From the NCBI GenBank assembly GCA_000002435.2, contig CM018791.1: 64,000 nt of DNA; one strand, written 5' to 3'. Shown in pieces: positions 11,301-21,800 of the stretch (the first letter of the stretch is position 1; each line of letters begins with the position of its first letter). Both the position numbers and the translations under genes were made by a program. Origin of the DNA: Giardia intestinalis. Taxonomy: Eukaryota. The notes beneath the pieces are model-generated. The model did no database searches and was not told the DNA's origin. It was given only the letters and a program-made list of their open reading frames with translations.

Positions 11301-13860
11301 CAAGGCACATGTCCTTGATCTTCCCCAGGTTGTTCTGGATAGAGAAGAAGAGGTCCTTAACAGAAACCTCCTGATTTGCGGGGGTATCTCCCAGACCAGA
11401 CTTTGACAAGGTATCAAAGCCGGAGAATGTGGGCTCAAAGCCCTGAAGATTTGAAAATGAGCGTGATCGCATAGCAAGGGCCGAAGTATTTATGCCGAGA
11501 GTGGATCCCACTGCACTGGTCGCAGCGTCGAAGTTGACTTTAGAATCCACGCGCCGAAAGTCTGAAGCTCCGCCGTTATGAGAGGCGTGTCTGCTGTGGC
11601 CAGCAGAAGAGATAGGGCTCTTCATCGTGGAGGCATCGCTGTTGGCCTCCATCAAGGCACTAGCGGTGAAGATCTTCTCGGCATTTTTGATAGCCTGGGC
11701 CGTCTTCGCCTCAATTTCCTTTGCAACCTTCTTCTGCTGCTCTCTCATAGACGTAGCGAAGTTCTTGTAATTATTTTTGGCAGTAAGTGTGGCATCCTTC
11801 ACCTCTTTTGCACGCAGGGCCTTCATGGTCATCTTCTTGTTAGCAAACTCATTATTGACGGTGGCGTCGTTAGTAGATGAGTACTTATGCAGCCAGACAT
11901 CTTCGGGTGTAATAAAGACATTGTCGCCTTCACCACCCAGCATCTCCTGGCAGAAGGACATGTCAGAACTGTATTCTATTTCATTGAAAAGATCGTGTAG
12001 CTCTCCGGTGGCCTGAAGCCCGCATTCAGTTTCTTTAAGCTCGCACACGTAATCTGTATAGCCACGGGCAACTGCATACATCAATGCGGTTGCTCCAGAT
12101 GCAGAGTAGAGCCCGCCCTCGCCACCAGGAGCCTGCTTAAGGATTTTCTCTTTAACGGTTGCAGGAATCTGTAGCGATGTTATATATTTCTGCTTCCGGT
12201 TACGATTCAGATAAGGCGAGGACAGAAGACGGACAACATCGAGGTTTGAAGTGCGGGTGTTGATTCCTGTTGTCTCTAGCTCCTTCCCTGTTATCACCGT
12301 CCCCACAGGTAGAGACGGTGTCGGCGAATCGACAGTGCTGACCGTAGCAGGTTGCTCCTGAGTACCACATAGCCCAGGCTTTGTGGTGGCAACGGATCCT
12401 GCTGAACCTGCCGAAGAAGCTGCAGTTTTATAGTACGTCATTGCTAGCGGTGACATAACAGCTAGCATGAGTGCAGAGTAGCCCTTCTGGGTCTGAATAC
12501 ACATTTCCCTGCTACTAACGATTGTGTTCGTTATCCTAAGGTCTCCTTGGACGGCTGCGTACATGAGAGCCGTGAAGCCATTGATATCAAGGTGGCCCAG
12601 CTCGCGGATCAGCAACTCCTTGGCTATGAGAGGATAATGGAGGCGGGCGGCAAGGATAAGCGACGACTCCTTGTTCGAATTGGTCATCTGTGTCTCAAAG
12701 GTGGAAAGAATCTTGACTGCGATGAGGTTGTTGGCCACTACGGCACAGTAAAGTGCGCAGGAGAGCGTCGGATGCGCGGAGGACATGCCTACTTCCTTGA
12801 CCATCAGTTGACGCATGCAAGATATGTAGTTCATAACATAGTGAAGCGGATGCTTATCATAGGTCGTCACTGGCGCGGGGGTCTGATGTCTGGGGGAAAG
12901 TATTGACTGGACAGATTGCATGGCAATGGTCGAAGAGGAGGGATCGCCTACAAGGAAGGTGGTAGTGATAGGATTGGGGCTGATGACGCTAGAGGACGTA
13001 AAGCCTCCCGGCGTAGACGCTGCTGTCGGGGACATAACTGTGGAGGATGTCGGGTTCTGCCCTGTTATATCTGCAAGGATTGTGGAGGCCAACGCCTCAG
13101 TCGTTTGCTCTGGCGCAGAGGCAAACGGCTTGTAGCTCTGGTAGCTAGGCATCAGTTTAGTGAAATCGTCCGGATGACAGTTCAAGAGATCGTTCAAATC
13201 CAACTTATTAAACTGATCTGTACCTCCAAAGCAGTGCATGATGCGGGTCATGGCGATGACGGTGACCATCAGAGCAGACACCCGGTTGGCATCGTTCGTA
13301 CAGAGGCACGCCTCATAGGGAAGCAGCAGGTCCAAAATCTCGCAGTGTCCAAGGGCCGCGGCATGCATGAGAGCTGTCATGCTGTTCTGATACGCACCTA
13401 GTTCCTTCTCTGCATCAGATCTCTCCAGATATCCCTCCTTTAGGTTGTCACAAAAGTCTTTCACGTATATGTAAGAATTGTTCTTCACAGCAAGGATAAG
13501 GGCGGTGTTGCCAAAGCTGTCTTTGAGGCCCATTTCCCCTGCAAGGGGGCGAATACATATACCTTGGTTGGCAATCGCTGCATGCATTAGTGCGGTACGC
13601 CTGTAAGGCCCTGTCTGAAGGCCGAGTTCCTGGATAATTTTCAACGACGACGCGTTCTGATTCTGTGCCTTGACAATCCCGTTTACCGCATGAGCTTTTC
13701 CGTTGGCAGCAGCGATCTGGAGGGCGGTCATGTGATTTACCGGGTCGATACACCCGGTCATCGAAATGTACTTTTTAAGGATGTCTCCGTTATTCTGCAT
13801 CACAGCTGCCATCAAGGGGGTCTGAGCGACCTTGTTTTCAGGACTTGTAGTATCTGCCAT
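8305..13860 (-). CDS. Giant ankyrin-repeat protein (Giardia 'Protein 21.1'-type), 1851 aa, with central coiled-coil and low-complexity regions
   Basis: Dozens of 33-aa ankyrin units carry the diplomonad-typical 'TALM(H/Y/I/L)AA' motif (TALMHAAIANQ, TALILAVKNN, TALMYAVARG, TALMVAAASNN, TALMIAATNNY and more). True ATG at 13858-13860. The 3' end overlaps the Dus gene by 80 bp. Confidence 0.85.
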   Translation of the reverse strand: MADTTSPENKVAQTPLMAAVMQNNGDILKKYISMTGCIDPVNHMTALQIAAANGKAHAVNGIVKAQNQNASSLKIIQELGLQTGPYRRTALMHAAIANQGICIRPLAGEMGLKDSFGNTALILAVKNNSYIYVKDFCDNLKEGYLERSDAEKELGAYQNSMTALMHAAALGHCEILDLLLPYEACLCTNDANRVSALMVTVIAMTRIMHCFGGTDQFNKLDLNDLLNCHPDDFTKLMPSYQSYKPFASAPEQTTEALASTILADITGQNPTSSTVMSPTAASTPGGFTSSSVISPNPITTTFLVGDPSSSTIAMQSVQSILSPRHQTPAPVTTYDKHPLHYVMNYISCMRQLMVKEVGMSSAHPTLSCALYCAVVANNLIAVKILSTFETQMTNSNKESSLILAARLHYPLIAKELLIRELGHLDINGFTALMYAAVQGDLRITNTIVSSREMCIQTQKGYSALMLAVMSPLAMTYYKTAASSAGSAGSVATTKPGLCGTQEQPATVSTVDSPTPSLPVGTVITGKELETTGINTRTSNLDVVRLLSSPYLNRNRKQKYITSLQIPATVKEKILKQAPGGEGGLYSASGATALMYAVARGYTDYVCELKETECGLQATGELHDLFNEIEYSSDMSFCQEMLGGEGDNVFITPEDVWLHKYSSTNDATVNNEFANKKMTMKALRAKEVKDATLTAKNNYKNFATSMREQQKKVAKEIEAKTAQAIKNAEKIFTASALMEANSDASTMKSPISSAGHSRHASHNGGASDFRRVDSKVNFDAATSAVGSTLGINTSALAMRSRSFSNLQGFEPTFSGFDTLSKSGLGDTPANQEVSVKDLFFSIQNNLGKIKDMCLAAFQSDATISNEDQTKVKHIISTCMAYISAFIGTDTDASVSLGFSKQAIQKIIAIGDGCRSLQAKINSTPGMQTTLKGVEGIINETLTLLSKAKTTSAKIMLRTYSDTQPATQFQAFFSHIGFSALMLAAELNQYDCFMQLFEAEAGLVSSMGASGLLIACMLNRVKIMDEVVCGSYAIFKPQVLSELKARLKPMNATALMVAAASNNRQIIEILLYNKDTRNLLLRACDDEGNTALHYAVRANSVGACKLLAPEEFDIKNRKGLTPYEVACEVGSANCIDILSEYGETGKRMTHTPLMLAAINSSSATCEEIIKTSDNADLQRRKIAKEIKKSKIFKDSAFVVPNVESMLHETNLRVVKRLDMPGTSLPHPSSSSIVPGDDSAPSTMGPGSPSINVKSKFKRQIGKICECCKYTALMHAVEVDAVDVVRILAPYESRELYYMTLPEIKQEADYYTALMISIYRNQTDIARILIPYEAGMRSSNSGVTALLVAARMGRESIVAELAPLERRINDKFDDDCLIAAIKYLSQIGDTYVLGSQPIVSKKDDTEKPVGGTGGDLNLETDDLSIEKILADLKTKVDMKPVTEIPFTNTIIMHLANNIPSRAHTVLGLTHLQFATKLKVTRVVEVLVELGHGVRVYDDQHQTALMIAATNNYIDGVKLLAPHEKGMLNKHNDNARVLAMKQNYRGIEDILAQYEDFPEHKLHNAIVKDDIQGAQNNLEFLGCMHQGESCLMTAAMSGKIDMFNLLYNESVKRLNSPGQKQDLGLRDKRGYTCFMRLVERCSSLPASDTSIFTYLDFMKKLFTVRVELGVSLQQNVAQRMPGDKYLGMTAFLMACAMNCIGVVKLIMEAAGETGSSNKELFELEVKSRVEGGMNDYAFMVAVKNGSGDVFDYLVSSPTYVRYALPSSANILKILIDMDSVEQFKRTYPVLTGKFSDMYSDALVREYAKSVGKEGTFFDGIPVCDPTNRSSNICDSVPPVQAPSAKEQEADSILSP

Positions 13861-13876
13861 TTAGAGTCGGCTACTA

Positions 13877-13916
13877 CTTTTTAAAATTTTACCAGTTTTT
13901 GATGTTTAAAATTTTT
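13877..13916. promoter_or_regulatory. AT-rich promoter region with two copies of TTTAAAATTTT upstream of the ankyrin gene start
   Basis: 'ctttttaaaattttaccagtttttgatgtttaaaatttttgacg' lies 17-55 nt upstream of the minus-strand ATG at 13860. The palindromic A/T element is repeated. Confidence 0.4.
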
Positions 13917-14005
13917 GACGAACATTCGCAATTTAATCCTCGCGGATTGTTTAAAGGTGTTCACAAGCTCAATCGTCAGAGAAGTGTAGACTCCACCAGA
14001 AGCAT

Positions 14006-15400
14006 TTACTGAGCAGATGGAGTGACTGCTAGAAATGCAAGTACTCCAGGGGTTCTCCTCTCATGTATCTTTGTTCTGATTGTTGCTAAAAAGACCACAG
14101 ATAAAACATGCTTGCCCGTGTCAACAGACACACCGCCGATTCTGCTATGCTTACCCGACGGGTTGCAGGTTTCTGCTGTCGCGGCTTCGTATGCAGCACA
14201 GAAGCTTTTAACCAGTCCAGAACTTAGTGGCCTGGGAGTAGATACTCCGATGCTTAACTTTGTTAGCAGATCTGTCAAGTTTTTGGACTCGACACCTACT
14301 GTGTCCACTCCGCCGTCCACAAAGCCGATCGGAACGCAGAGTTCCATCTTTACTGGTTGCTCATCTGCAGTATCCGCAGTACCTCCATAATACCACTCCA
14401 GAAGAGCGTGAAGGCCAGTATCTGTGGGGTCTAGTTCTCTGGCAATACTCATCCCCAAGTAGAGCAAATGTGCAGAGAAATTGATCGTGGTGTATCGTAC
14501 GGACAGCATAAGGACTTCCTTCTCCCATACTGTGTGCTCTGTCGAATCGGTATCAGCACACACTGGCTGCACTACCATGCTCAAGCCATCCGGTTTAAGT
14601 TGTGATAGAAATGCATCCGCAGACCCCAGATAAACGTGCTTTGGCGTAAGAGTAATGTGCGACAGTAAGTTGAGGAGCACTGTGTCCGCTCCACTACGGC
14701 TGCAGAGGAGAGCGATCTGCATGCAGAGAAGAAAAAGCGGAGCATCCGCAAACATGGACAGGTTTGCCTGCTTGTAGTCATCCCGCAGCTTATCATACTG
14801 ATGGAGGGGCAGTGTACGAAGAAGAGAGAGTACTCGGCGGGGCGAGGTCTGACAGAAGTCAAGGATTTCCTGAACAGGGCAGACATCCATGACGACCCCC
14901 AGCTCAATGTAGCTTCGCAACACGATTCGTAGGTGCAAAAGCTGACCGCGGGTTGCCCTGCAAATCACATCCCTGAAATTGAGTAAGCACAAGATACGGG
15001 CGGTGAATTGCAGCTGAACGTGTCGTACTCGCGCTATCTCCTGCTCCAGGTAGTCTGCCAAGTAGTTATGACCTCCCTTCTGGTACTGCATATCAATAAT
15101 ACCAAGCAGTTTAGAACTAAACAGATAGTTTTCCTCGTACTCTAGGAAGTTCAAGAAGTGCCCCTGATACTCTGCTGTCTGCGATGTGAAGTCCTTCATG
15201 TTGTCTATTTCATCTTTAGCTAAGATTATGTACTTAATTAGATCCCTGGTATACGATTCGCCCAATTCTGTGTCTCTAGTACTAAGGGTACCTGTCTGCG
15301 CCCGCTCACTAAGCTCGAGGATTTTATTTAAGACTGATATTAAGGCATCAAAAGTGTACTCAAGCTTCTCGAGCTTTCTAATGATCTGCTGCTCCGACAT
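14006..15400 (-). CDS. Hypothetical protein, 464 aa
   Basis: Clean ORF with a true ATG at 15398-15400. There is a coiled-coil N-terminus, and a GTGAAC (AGTRAAY-like) poly(A) signal about 45 nt past the stop. No recognisable catalytic motif. Confidence 0.7.
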   Translation of the reverse strand: MSEQQIIRKLEKLEYTFDALISVLNKILELSERAQTGTLSTRDTELGESYTRDLIKYIILAKDEIDNMKDFTSQTAEYQGHFLNFLEYEENYLFSSKLLGIIDMQYQKGGHNYLADYLEQEIARVRHVQLQFTARILCLLNFRDVICRATRGQLLHLRIVLRSYIELGVVMDVCPVQEILDFCQTSPRRVLSLLRTLPLHQYDKLRDDYKQANLSMFADAPLFLLCMQIALLCSRSGADTVLLNLLSHITLTPKHVYLGSADAFLSQLKPDGLSMVVQPVCADTDSTEHTVWEKEVLMLSVRYTTINFSAHLLYLGMSIARELDPTDTGLHALLEWYYGGTADTADEQPVKMELCVPIGFVDGGVDTVGVESKNLTDLLTKLSIGVSTPRPLSSGLVKSFCAAYEAATAETCNPSGKHSRIGGVSVDTGKHVLSVVFLATIRTKIHERRTPGVLAFLAVTPSAQ

Positions 15401-15819
15401 ACCCCTGATGCTCCGTCACCGTCTTCCTTTCGCCGGCAATTGGTTATAAGTTTATTTTTTAACGACAGATCATGTGGACAATTGGAGTGTCTAAAGACGT
15501 CTGCGCTATCTGAGGCATACGGGGTGGCTAGGGCCACTTGTTCTTAAAGCAATGTGATGTTAGATTAACTTATCTATAAAAATCATACCACCGGGTACTA
15601 TTCGTCTTTTCGACTGTTTTGGCGTTCTTTGTTGTCAGCCGATATCAACTAAAAGCCTCACTAAATCACCGTACCCTCCGCGCACCTTCACATAAGATCT
15701 CAATCTTGCTCCCTCTTCTGCTCTGCACAAGAGAGTAAGTATTTTACTAGTCGTATTTTAACAATTGTATTTGCTCAGATTGCTCAGATGTTGCTGAGTT
15801 TTGAGACTGTCACGCTACC

Positions 15820-16167
15820 ATGAACTCGAATTCTAAAAACAAAACAATGTCATGCTGTGGAAATCGGGACGTGGCCCCTGCAATAGCTCCTTTGAGTGAG
15901 GATTTCTTTAGTAGGAGCGTGGAGCTAATCTTGCCAGGGCACAGTTCCGATATACGTCTAGTTTATGAGAATGATCAATGGCAAAACGCTGGCATAGAAA
16001 AAAGTGTGGAGTACAAAAGTCTTCTAGAGCGATGTAAAGTCCTCGAGCGAGAGAAGAAGGAGCTAAAGGCGAAGTATGACGAGGCTCTGCGAAAGCTCGC
16101 CATTCTATCTCTCGAGCATGAAAAGCTTCAAAACGCCACAGAAATACACGTTAAGAAGAACATATGA
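15820..16167 (+). CDS. Small coiled-coil hypothetical protein (115 aa)
   Basis: True ATG at 15820. There is a heptad-rich C-terminus (KVLEREKKELKAKYDEALRKLAILSLEHEKLQ). It is followed in the same frame by TGA at 16165 and TAG at 16174, then a second ORF. Confidence 0.4.
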   Translation: MNSNSKNKTMSCCGNRDVAPAIAPLSEDFFSRSVELILPGHSSDIRLVYENDQWQNAGIEKSVEYKSLLERCKVLEREKKELKAKYDEALRKLAILSLEHEKLQNATEIHVKKNI

Positions 16168-16182
16168 GAACACTAGTGCTAT

Positions 16183-16677
16183 ATGGCCTGTGCTCTTGAC
16201 GTTAGCACAGGTTCAGCGTATGGGATACGTAAATTTTGTAGTGAATTTTACAGTGAATTTTGCAGTGAATCTTGGGTCATGTCGTGCGCATGTAGACAGC
16301 AGCCTGTGGAGACGTGCGGGTATTCCACGGACATCTGGAGCATGACTCCGCAACTGAAGCTTTCTACTGCATCTGGTCCGGTGGAGATCACCTATGAAGA
16401 TGGCGTCTGGAGCTGCAATAACGCTGCAGACACAGACATCCAGAAGCTTCACGACAGCGCCACTAAACTTGAGCATCAGAAAAAGCACCTTGAAGACAAA
16501 TTACGATCCATTGAGGAGGAGTGTCGCAAGAAAGAGCGTGCCATTGAGCTAATCCTGGGCTCGAATAAGTGCACAACTGTGCCCCGCAGGAAGACACCCG
16601 TGTTTACTGCTGTACCTGGGGGTTATTCTGAAAAGACTCTGTTTTCGGAAGTCAGGAGCTCTGCAACACTTTTGTAG
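16183..16677 (+). CDS. Small hypothetical protein (up to 164 aa) with a coiled-coil segment. The start is uncertain, because the first about 30 codons overlap a 12-mer tandem repeat.
   Basis: Same frame as the preceding ORF. It contains 'KLHDSATKLEHQKKHLEDKLRSIEEECRKKERAIELI'. Internal ATGs at MSCACRQQ and MTPQLK are alternative starts. Confidence 0.35.
   Translation: MACALDVSTGSAYGIRKFCSEFYSEFCSESWVMSCACRQQPVETCGYSTDIWSMTPQLKLSTASGPVEITYEDGVWSCNNAADTDIQKLHDSATKLEHQKKHLEDKLRSIEEECRKKERAIELILGSNKCTTVPRRKTPVFTAVPGGYSEKTLFSEVRSSATLL
16229..16276. repeat. Imperfect 4 x 12-nt tandem repeat (GTGAATTTTACA-like units)
   Basis: GTAAATTTTGTA / GTGAATTTTACA / GTGAATTTTGCA / GTGAATCTTGGG, read directly from the sequence. 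Confidence 0.7.
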
Positions 16678-16709
16678 ACAAACATAAGATCTAACCAGTT
16701 GAGTGTCTC

Positions 16710-18719
16710 TTAACACCCATTGGTCATGGATTTGACAGTATGACCTTGTTCTCTATCTAGTTTTGATCCTCGCAGGACAGAGGTGATGTAACCTATGTCC
16801 TCCGTGTTTAGAGCATCAGGGCCCATTCTTTCTACAAGCAGAAGCACACAGTTTTTAAGCTCGATAAGCGCATCCTCTTGCTCCGAAACCCTCCGCACAA
16901 GATTTTTGACTGGCTGGGCTTCCGGCAACATATCCAAAAGCATGGAGTAAAGCTCTGCCCTGAGTTGGTTGTTGGCAGTGGAATTTTTGGTTAGTAGATC
17001 ATTGATCGATATGGGGCCAGACGTATTGAAGCCTATAGTCCCCTCACTGAGCTGCATCGACGTGGTTGCTTTTGGCGCAGCAGCTGTGTGCGAGTGCTGC
17101 AAATCAGACCTACGCAATAGTGACCTAGTCATTGAACACTGAGACGCATGCCTACTCTCTAATACTTCCTGCGGCTTTGTGGCGGCCTGACGGGAGGGGC
17201 TGTAGGTGATCTGCGGCGTCGAGCGGTCAGCCTTGACAACTGCAGACATCGGCCGTGTGGACCTGCCCGACACCGTGGACTCGTCAACAGTGTAACTGTG
17301 ATCATGATAGGCGCTATCCACAAGGGAGGACTGCACCACGGTCGGGCTTCCTATACAGCGCTTCGCCGTGTCTGGCCTGCTGCTGGAGCCATTGAGGCCG
17401 AATGCTAGGCTGCTTGAAGTTAAGGGGCTTCTCACAGACTTGGAACTTGCTTCAGCAGCCAGCTTGGTGATATTTCTGTGAGTCCTTTCACTAAAGACGG
17501 TGGTGTTGCTCTCTACCAGAATTAGTTCCTTGAACAGTTTGGTGAAAAGCTCAAAGGATCTTGGGGTTTCTCTGAGCACTTTACTGCACTGAAACCAGTT
17601 GTCAACGTGTTCTTTATCGGCATTCGCACTAGCATTCTCAACAACGTTAAGTTTTGCGAACACATTGACGCATAGACTAGTGAAGAATTTGCGACTGTTC
17701 TTTGTCCCACTAATTGGACTGGAGATGGTTCTTGTACGTTCTACAAATACCTCTCTGATCGCACTCACAGAGGGAAGAAGATCTTCTTTGTATTCTGAGT
17801 ATATCCCGAGGCAGTCGAAGGCTTTGTTCATGACTGAGGGAAGAGGGCCCATGGCATCTGACAGAGTAATTTGGGAATCTGCCTTTTCTCCGTGTAAGAG
17901 AAGCTTAACACGTTGCAATGAGCTGCAGAGAAGGAGAAAGGCTCGAAACTCTTCCAAACACATCCTTATTTGTGGCGTGTCGGCATACAGGAGATCTATA
18001 TACAATGTTATAGATTCTAGAGTGCTGGTGACGAACAGGAGGAAGACGAATAACGAGGGGAGAGTCTCTAACAAAAACTTCGCATATATCTCGCAGACCA
18101 TCTCTTTATCACTCGTACCATATGCATTTGCAAGGATCAAATTATTTATGAAGATATTGGGGACATACTGAATTTCCTTCAGCAAGTACGGAGCTTCAGA
18201 TGAAGCCAGAGCCTTAAAGAACCTGCTCTCCTCACCCATACCCGACTCATATGCAATTCCCTTGATGCTCAGGTGCGTGCACCCAGGCATCAAAGCGCGT
18301 ATCAAGGCCTCAAATGAGCTCTCGGCCCCTTGCTTGATGGCTAAATTGGTCAGGTTAAGTGTATGCAGTGTGGGATTTGTAACGATCTTCCGTTCAATGT
18401 TTAACTTTTCGGCAGACGAGCCAACGCCAGCGGCATCTACAAAGCTAAAGCTAGAGATGCTAAGTGTCGTAAATTCGCAAACCGACGTTAAGAGCTGAAT
18501 CAGCAAGCCTATAGCGGAGATGGATACATCCATGCACTCGCTTAATACTATGTGCTTTGTGGTGCTCATCGTGGGCACAGAAGCTTTCAGTGCCTGGGAA
18601 ACAGCAATAGCCCCTCTGGACCCGTGCAGCAGATCGTGCAGCAATGGGGTTGCATCAACAACCTTCTCGTTACAGCGCAAGGCTGTGGCAACGTGGGATC
18701 CTTTGCTAGGAGACGCCAT
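16710..18719 (-). CDS. Hypothetical leucine-rich-repeat (RNI-like) protein with a Ser-rich C-terminal half, 669 aa
   Basis: ORF with an ATG start. N-terminal LxxLxLxxN-type repeats ('LHTLNLTNLAIKQGAESSFEALIRAL..THLSIKGI') are followed by a low-complexity S/T-rich region. Confidence 0.75.
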   Translation of the reverse strand: MASPSKGSHVATALRCNEKVVDATPLLHDLLHGSRGAIAVSQALKASVPTMSTTKHIVLSECMDVSISAIGLLIQLLTSVCEFTTLSISSFSFVDAAGVGSSAEKLNIERKIVTNPTLHTLNLTNLAIKQGAESSFEALIRALMPGCTHLSIKGIAYESGMGEESRFFKALASSEAPYLLKEIQYVPNIFINNLILANAYGTSDKEMVCEIYAKFLLETLPSLFVFLLFVTSTLESITLYIDLLYADTPQIRMCLEEFRAFLLLCSSLQRVKLLLHGEKADSQITLSDAMGPLPSVMNKAFDCLGIYSEYKEDLLPSVSAIREVFVERTRTISSPISGTKNSRKFFTSLCVNVFAKLNVVENASANADKEHVDNWFQCSKVLRETPRSFELFTKLFKELILVESNTTVFSERTHRNITKLAAEASSKSVRSPLTSSSLAFGLNGSSSRPDTAKRCIGSPTVVQSSLVDSAYHDHSYTVDESTVSGRSTRPMSAVVKADRSTPQITYSPSRQAATKPQEVLESRHASQCSMTRSLLRRSDLQHSHTAAAPKATTSMQLSEGTIGFNTSGPISINDLLTKNSTANNQLRAELYSMLLDMLPEAQPVKNLVRRVSEQEDALIELKNCVLLLVERMGPDALNTEDIGYITSVLRGSKLDREQGHTVKSMTNGC

Positions 18720-18834
18720 TTACACACAAAGAGCAACCTTTATGCTAAATTTAGTTAAAAACGCGTGAAGCTGTCAAAATTTGAGGCGTGAGACAAAGAT
18801 TTTATGATCTAAGTCCTTGTACCTTTGTGGATTG

Positions 18835-21800
18835 CTACAGCTTGAAGATTCCTCGGCACGCCTGCGATATCACAGCGGGAAAAATGTCTCCTTTCAAGTC
18901 GTTTCTATCGTCAATACAGTTCCTGGCGAGGCAGATAAAGCTAAGCATAGCGACATCTACCCCTGCTTGGCCAAACGTAGCCTTATTTTTTGCCAGATAT
19001 TGACGAATGGTACTAGAGCACTGGTTACACTTGCTCATGATCGCATGGGTCATGAGCTGGGGGCACATTAGAGTTGCTGCTAGTGAGGATGCATATAGGA
19101 GCATCCGGTCGTCTTCGTTGTTCTGCACAGAAGCTCCTCCACGGGCAGTATAGTGCAGGGTCGCTAATCCATTGACAAAATCCAGTAGCTGAATATAAAA
19201 TGACCCCGTTTCAGGGGGCAACGAGTTCGGATATGCGCCAGCCGGAAGTGGAAGCATGCCAACTAATGCAATAATGGTCTCTAGCAGCATAAACTGGGTT
19301 TGAAGGTCTAGACTATCTTTCGGCCTTATTACAGAAAAGACTGAGGCAAGATTTGTCATGAGCGTCCGCAAAAAGGTGGTCACAATCCTTTGCTTGGTTA
19401 TGGCATCAATGTGTTCGTATTTCATATGCTTTGTAATGAGGACGTGGCAGATATATACGAGCCGATGGGTGTATGCCGCTGTTCTAGGATGTTCAGAGCT
19501 AATCTCCCACGCAGCAACATCAGATACCTTGCTCAGCAAGCCCAGTACTAGAGCGTACCCGTAGCTGTCCAATTCTAACGCAGACTGTGCATCGCCAGAC
19601 TGCCCTTGCATCTGTGAACCTAACCGTTGTGAGAAAAATCTGGACATAAACACAGAGCCACCTTCGCAGCCGGTTGTAAAGCAAAACAAAAGATCAGCAA
19701 GAAGAATATAGTGTTCTAATGGGTGGTCTACTAACTTTTGGCTCTCCTGGCGAATAGACGCCGTCTTGCTATCTGCTTTTCTGTAGAGGGCGTACAGTAT
19801 TTGCACTGCATTCTCAATATGGGATCCTTTCAATGCTGCACCAGGATTTCTTCTCTGTAAAAGCATCAATAGACAGGCGATATAGGCTTTCGATGGACTG
19901 CTAGATGTCAAGAAAACGGACTTCTCAGCTAGCATATACGTTTCATTAAATGTACTCTCCAGCTCGCGCATACTAGCCATCAGCGCAAGAGAGTGCTCTA
20001 GAAGACCATCAAGGACCTGATTTGTTGCAAGACAAGTAGCCCGTGGAATATCGGAGTCACTGCGCGGGAGCAAGTTGAGTCGTCCAGTTATTAGCTTACA
20101 CATATGAGCAAGTAGCATTGTGGTATACACATAGAAGTATTCGACTCCCCCACACCCTTTTTTGCGCTCTTGAAGATGCAGTGCAGTACTCAGCATGCCC
20201 TTGTAGAAGAGCTCGGTGTCATCTGTTGACAACGTTGAGAACTGCAAAAAACTTCGGTAGAGCCTAGAAAACACGTAGCACAAACATATCTGCATGCTTC
20301 CCTCAGAAACTATCACGGCTGGGCAATCAATGAAGGAGAACAGAGTCCCCATTGAAAGGGCGCCGATGTGCTGGTAATCGACCATGCGGAACCAGGCTCT
20401 GGAACGGTGTCCTTCAGTAGAGCCTCTTGTGACAGCATCGACATCTTCTGCACCTGAGAACGGTCTTACGAACTCCTCCAACAAGCTTACTGTACGAATG
20501 ACAATAGTCTGAATTAGTGGCCTATTGTTTTCCGGCAGCGAAGCCACACGGGTAACACTTACCATCAGTCGAGAGATTAGGTCAGCGATCAGATTAGCTA
20601 GTTCATGTACGCCCTTATGAATATTTGGTGACAGTTGGAAAATGCGCTCCATGAGTACGAAAGCATCTAAAAAGTCCAGAAGGCAACAAGAGATTACCCC
20701 AGGCTTAAACACTTCTGAAAGGCCTTCAAGCTGTGTCTTGGATGATAGCTTGGCATGTACTTTCGGTAGTAACGCTAAAAGTCCTGTTGTACTTGGCACG
20801 AAGCACAGCTTCACAGCTCGTGAATTTGCAGCCGTAAGCCCATTTTCAATGCAAACCATGAGCATGGTGTGGTACAGTCTAAGGATTTGGGAAGTTGTGA
20901 GCGTAAACCCATCTGGTGTGTAGTTTTTCTGAAAGAAATATAGACAATCCTGAAAGAGAGCCAATATATCTACCGCTGCTTGCTCCGAATGTGCTAGTTT
21001 TGAGCTGCTGTCTAAGATACCGGACAGCGAATCACAGAACAAACTAAGAAGCTCGTTATTGTTGAAGGAGTCGACGCTTCGAGAAACATTAGCCACCGCG
21101 CACAATAGTCCATAGCGCAACACAGGCTCTGCAAGCAGAAATTCTGTTGTGGCTACGTGGTCCCCTAACGCCTGCAAACAGTATGCGAAAGAGATCCCAT
21201 CTTTCACGAAGGCTCTCATTTCTTCAACTAGCTGCGATTTGGAGTGCTTTGAAAAGGCATAATGAATAGCTGTGAGTTGTGACTCTGCACACATGTCAGC
21301 AAAGCAGCAGTCAGACTCATGCATCGCTGTCGTGCCGGATGCTGCTTTAGCCTTGTCTGTGTCATATAGATTGATTGCTTGCTTGGTATATGAAATGCTA
21401 TAAAGGCTTCTTTCAAGGCGCTGCTTCTCCCAGGGGGTAAAGATGACCTTTCCCTCAAAGATTAGTGTGCTGATAGAGTTCCTAAGAAGATTGCGATACT
21501 TGACCGTGTGGATGGCGGATAGGAAGACGGTGTCAGTCCGTGGAATGTTTGCAACTACAGACAGTTCGAATATGAGGATCCTAAGCATACCACCGCGAAT
21601 GGCCTCATTTGATGAAAAGAGGGTGTAATAGAGATCCTTAGCCGTGCATAGATGATAGAGTATGGTGGATTGTAGATTAATACATGCTTTATCGGCTGTT
21701 TGTAGATTGTGATCGTCTCCGTGATGGCCGGGGCCACCAAGAATCTTTACGCCAAGGCTTGCTGCTGCACCAGATGAGTATGCCGACTCCAAGAGGGTAC

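Noticed and set aside
12916-13401. 161-aa Arg/Cys-rich plus-strand ORF, along with several other 60-120-aa ORFs antisense to the giant ankyrin gene
   Set aside because: It lies entirely antisense to a well-supported 5.5-kb coding region, and its composition is the mirror image of the sense codons. This is the typical shadow ORF and not independent coding.
15727-15771. GTAAGT...TTTTAAC...CAG, an element resembling a canonical eukaryotic intron, in the spacer upstream of the 15820 gene
   Set aside because: Giardia cis-introns use GTATGT and a conserved CTRACACACAG 3' motif, and neither is present. No upstream exon with an ATG could be identified.
16150-16280. Possible spliceosomal intron joining the 115-aa and 164-aa ORFs
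   Set aside because: The in-frame stops lie upstream of the only GTATGG-like site (16219). There is no GTATGT 5' site and no CTRACACACAG-type fused branch/3' site, both of which characterise the few known Giardia introns.
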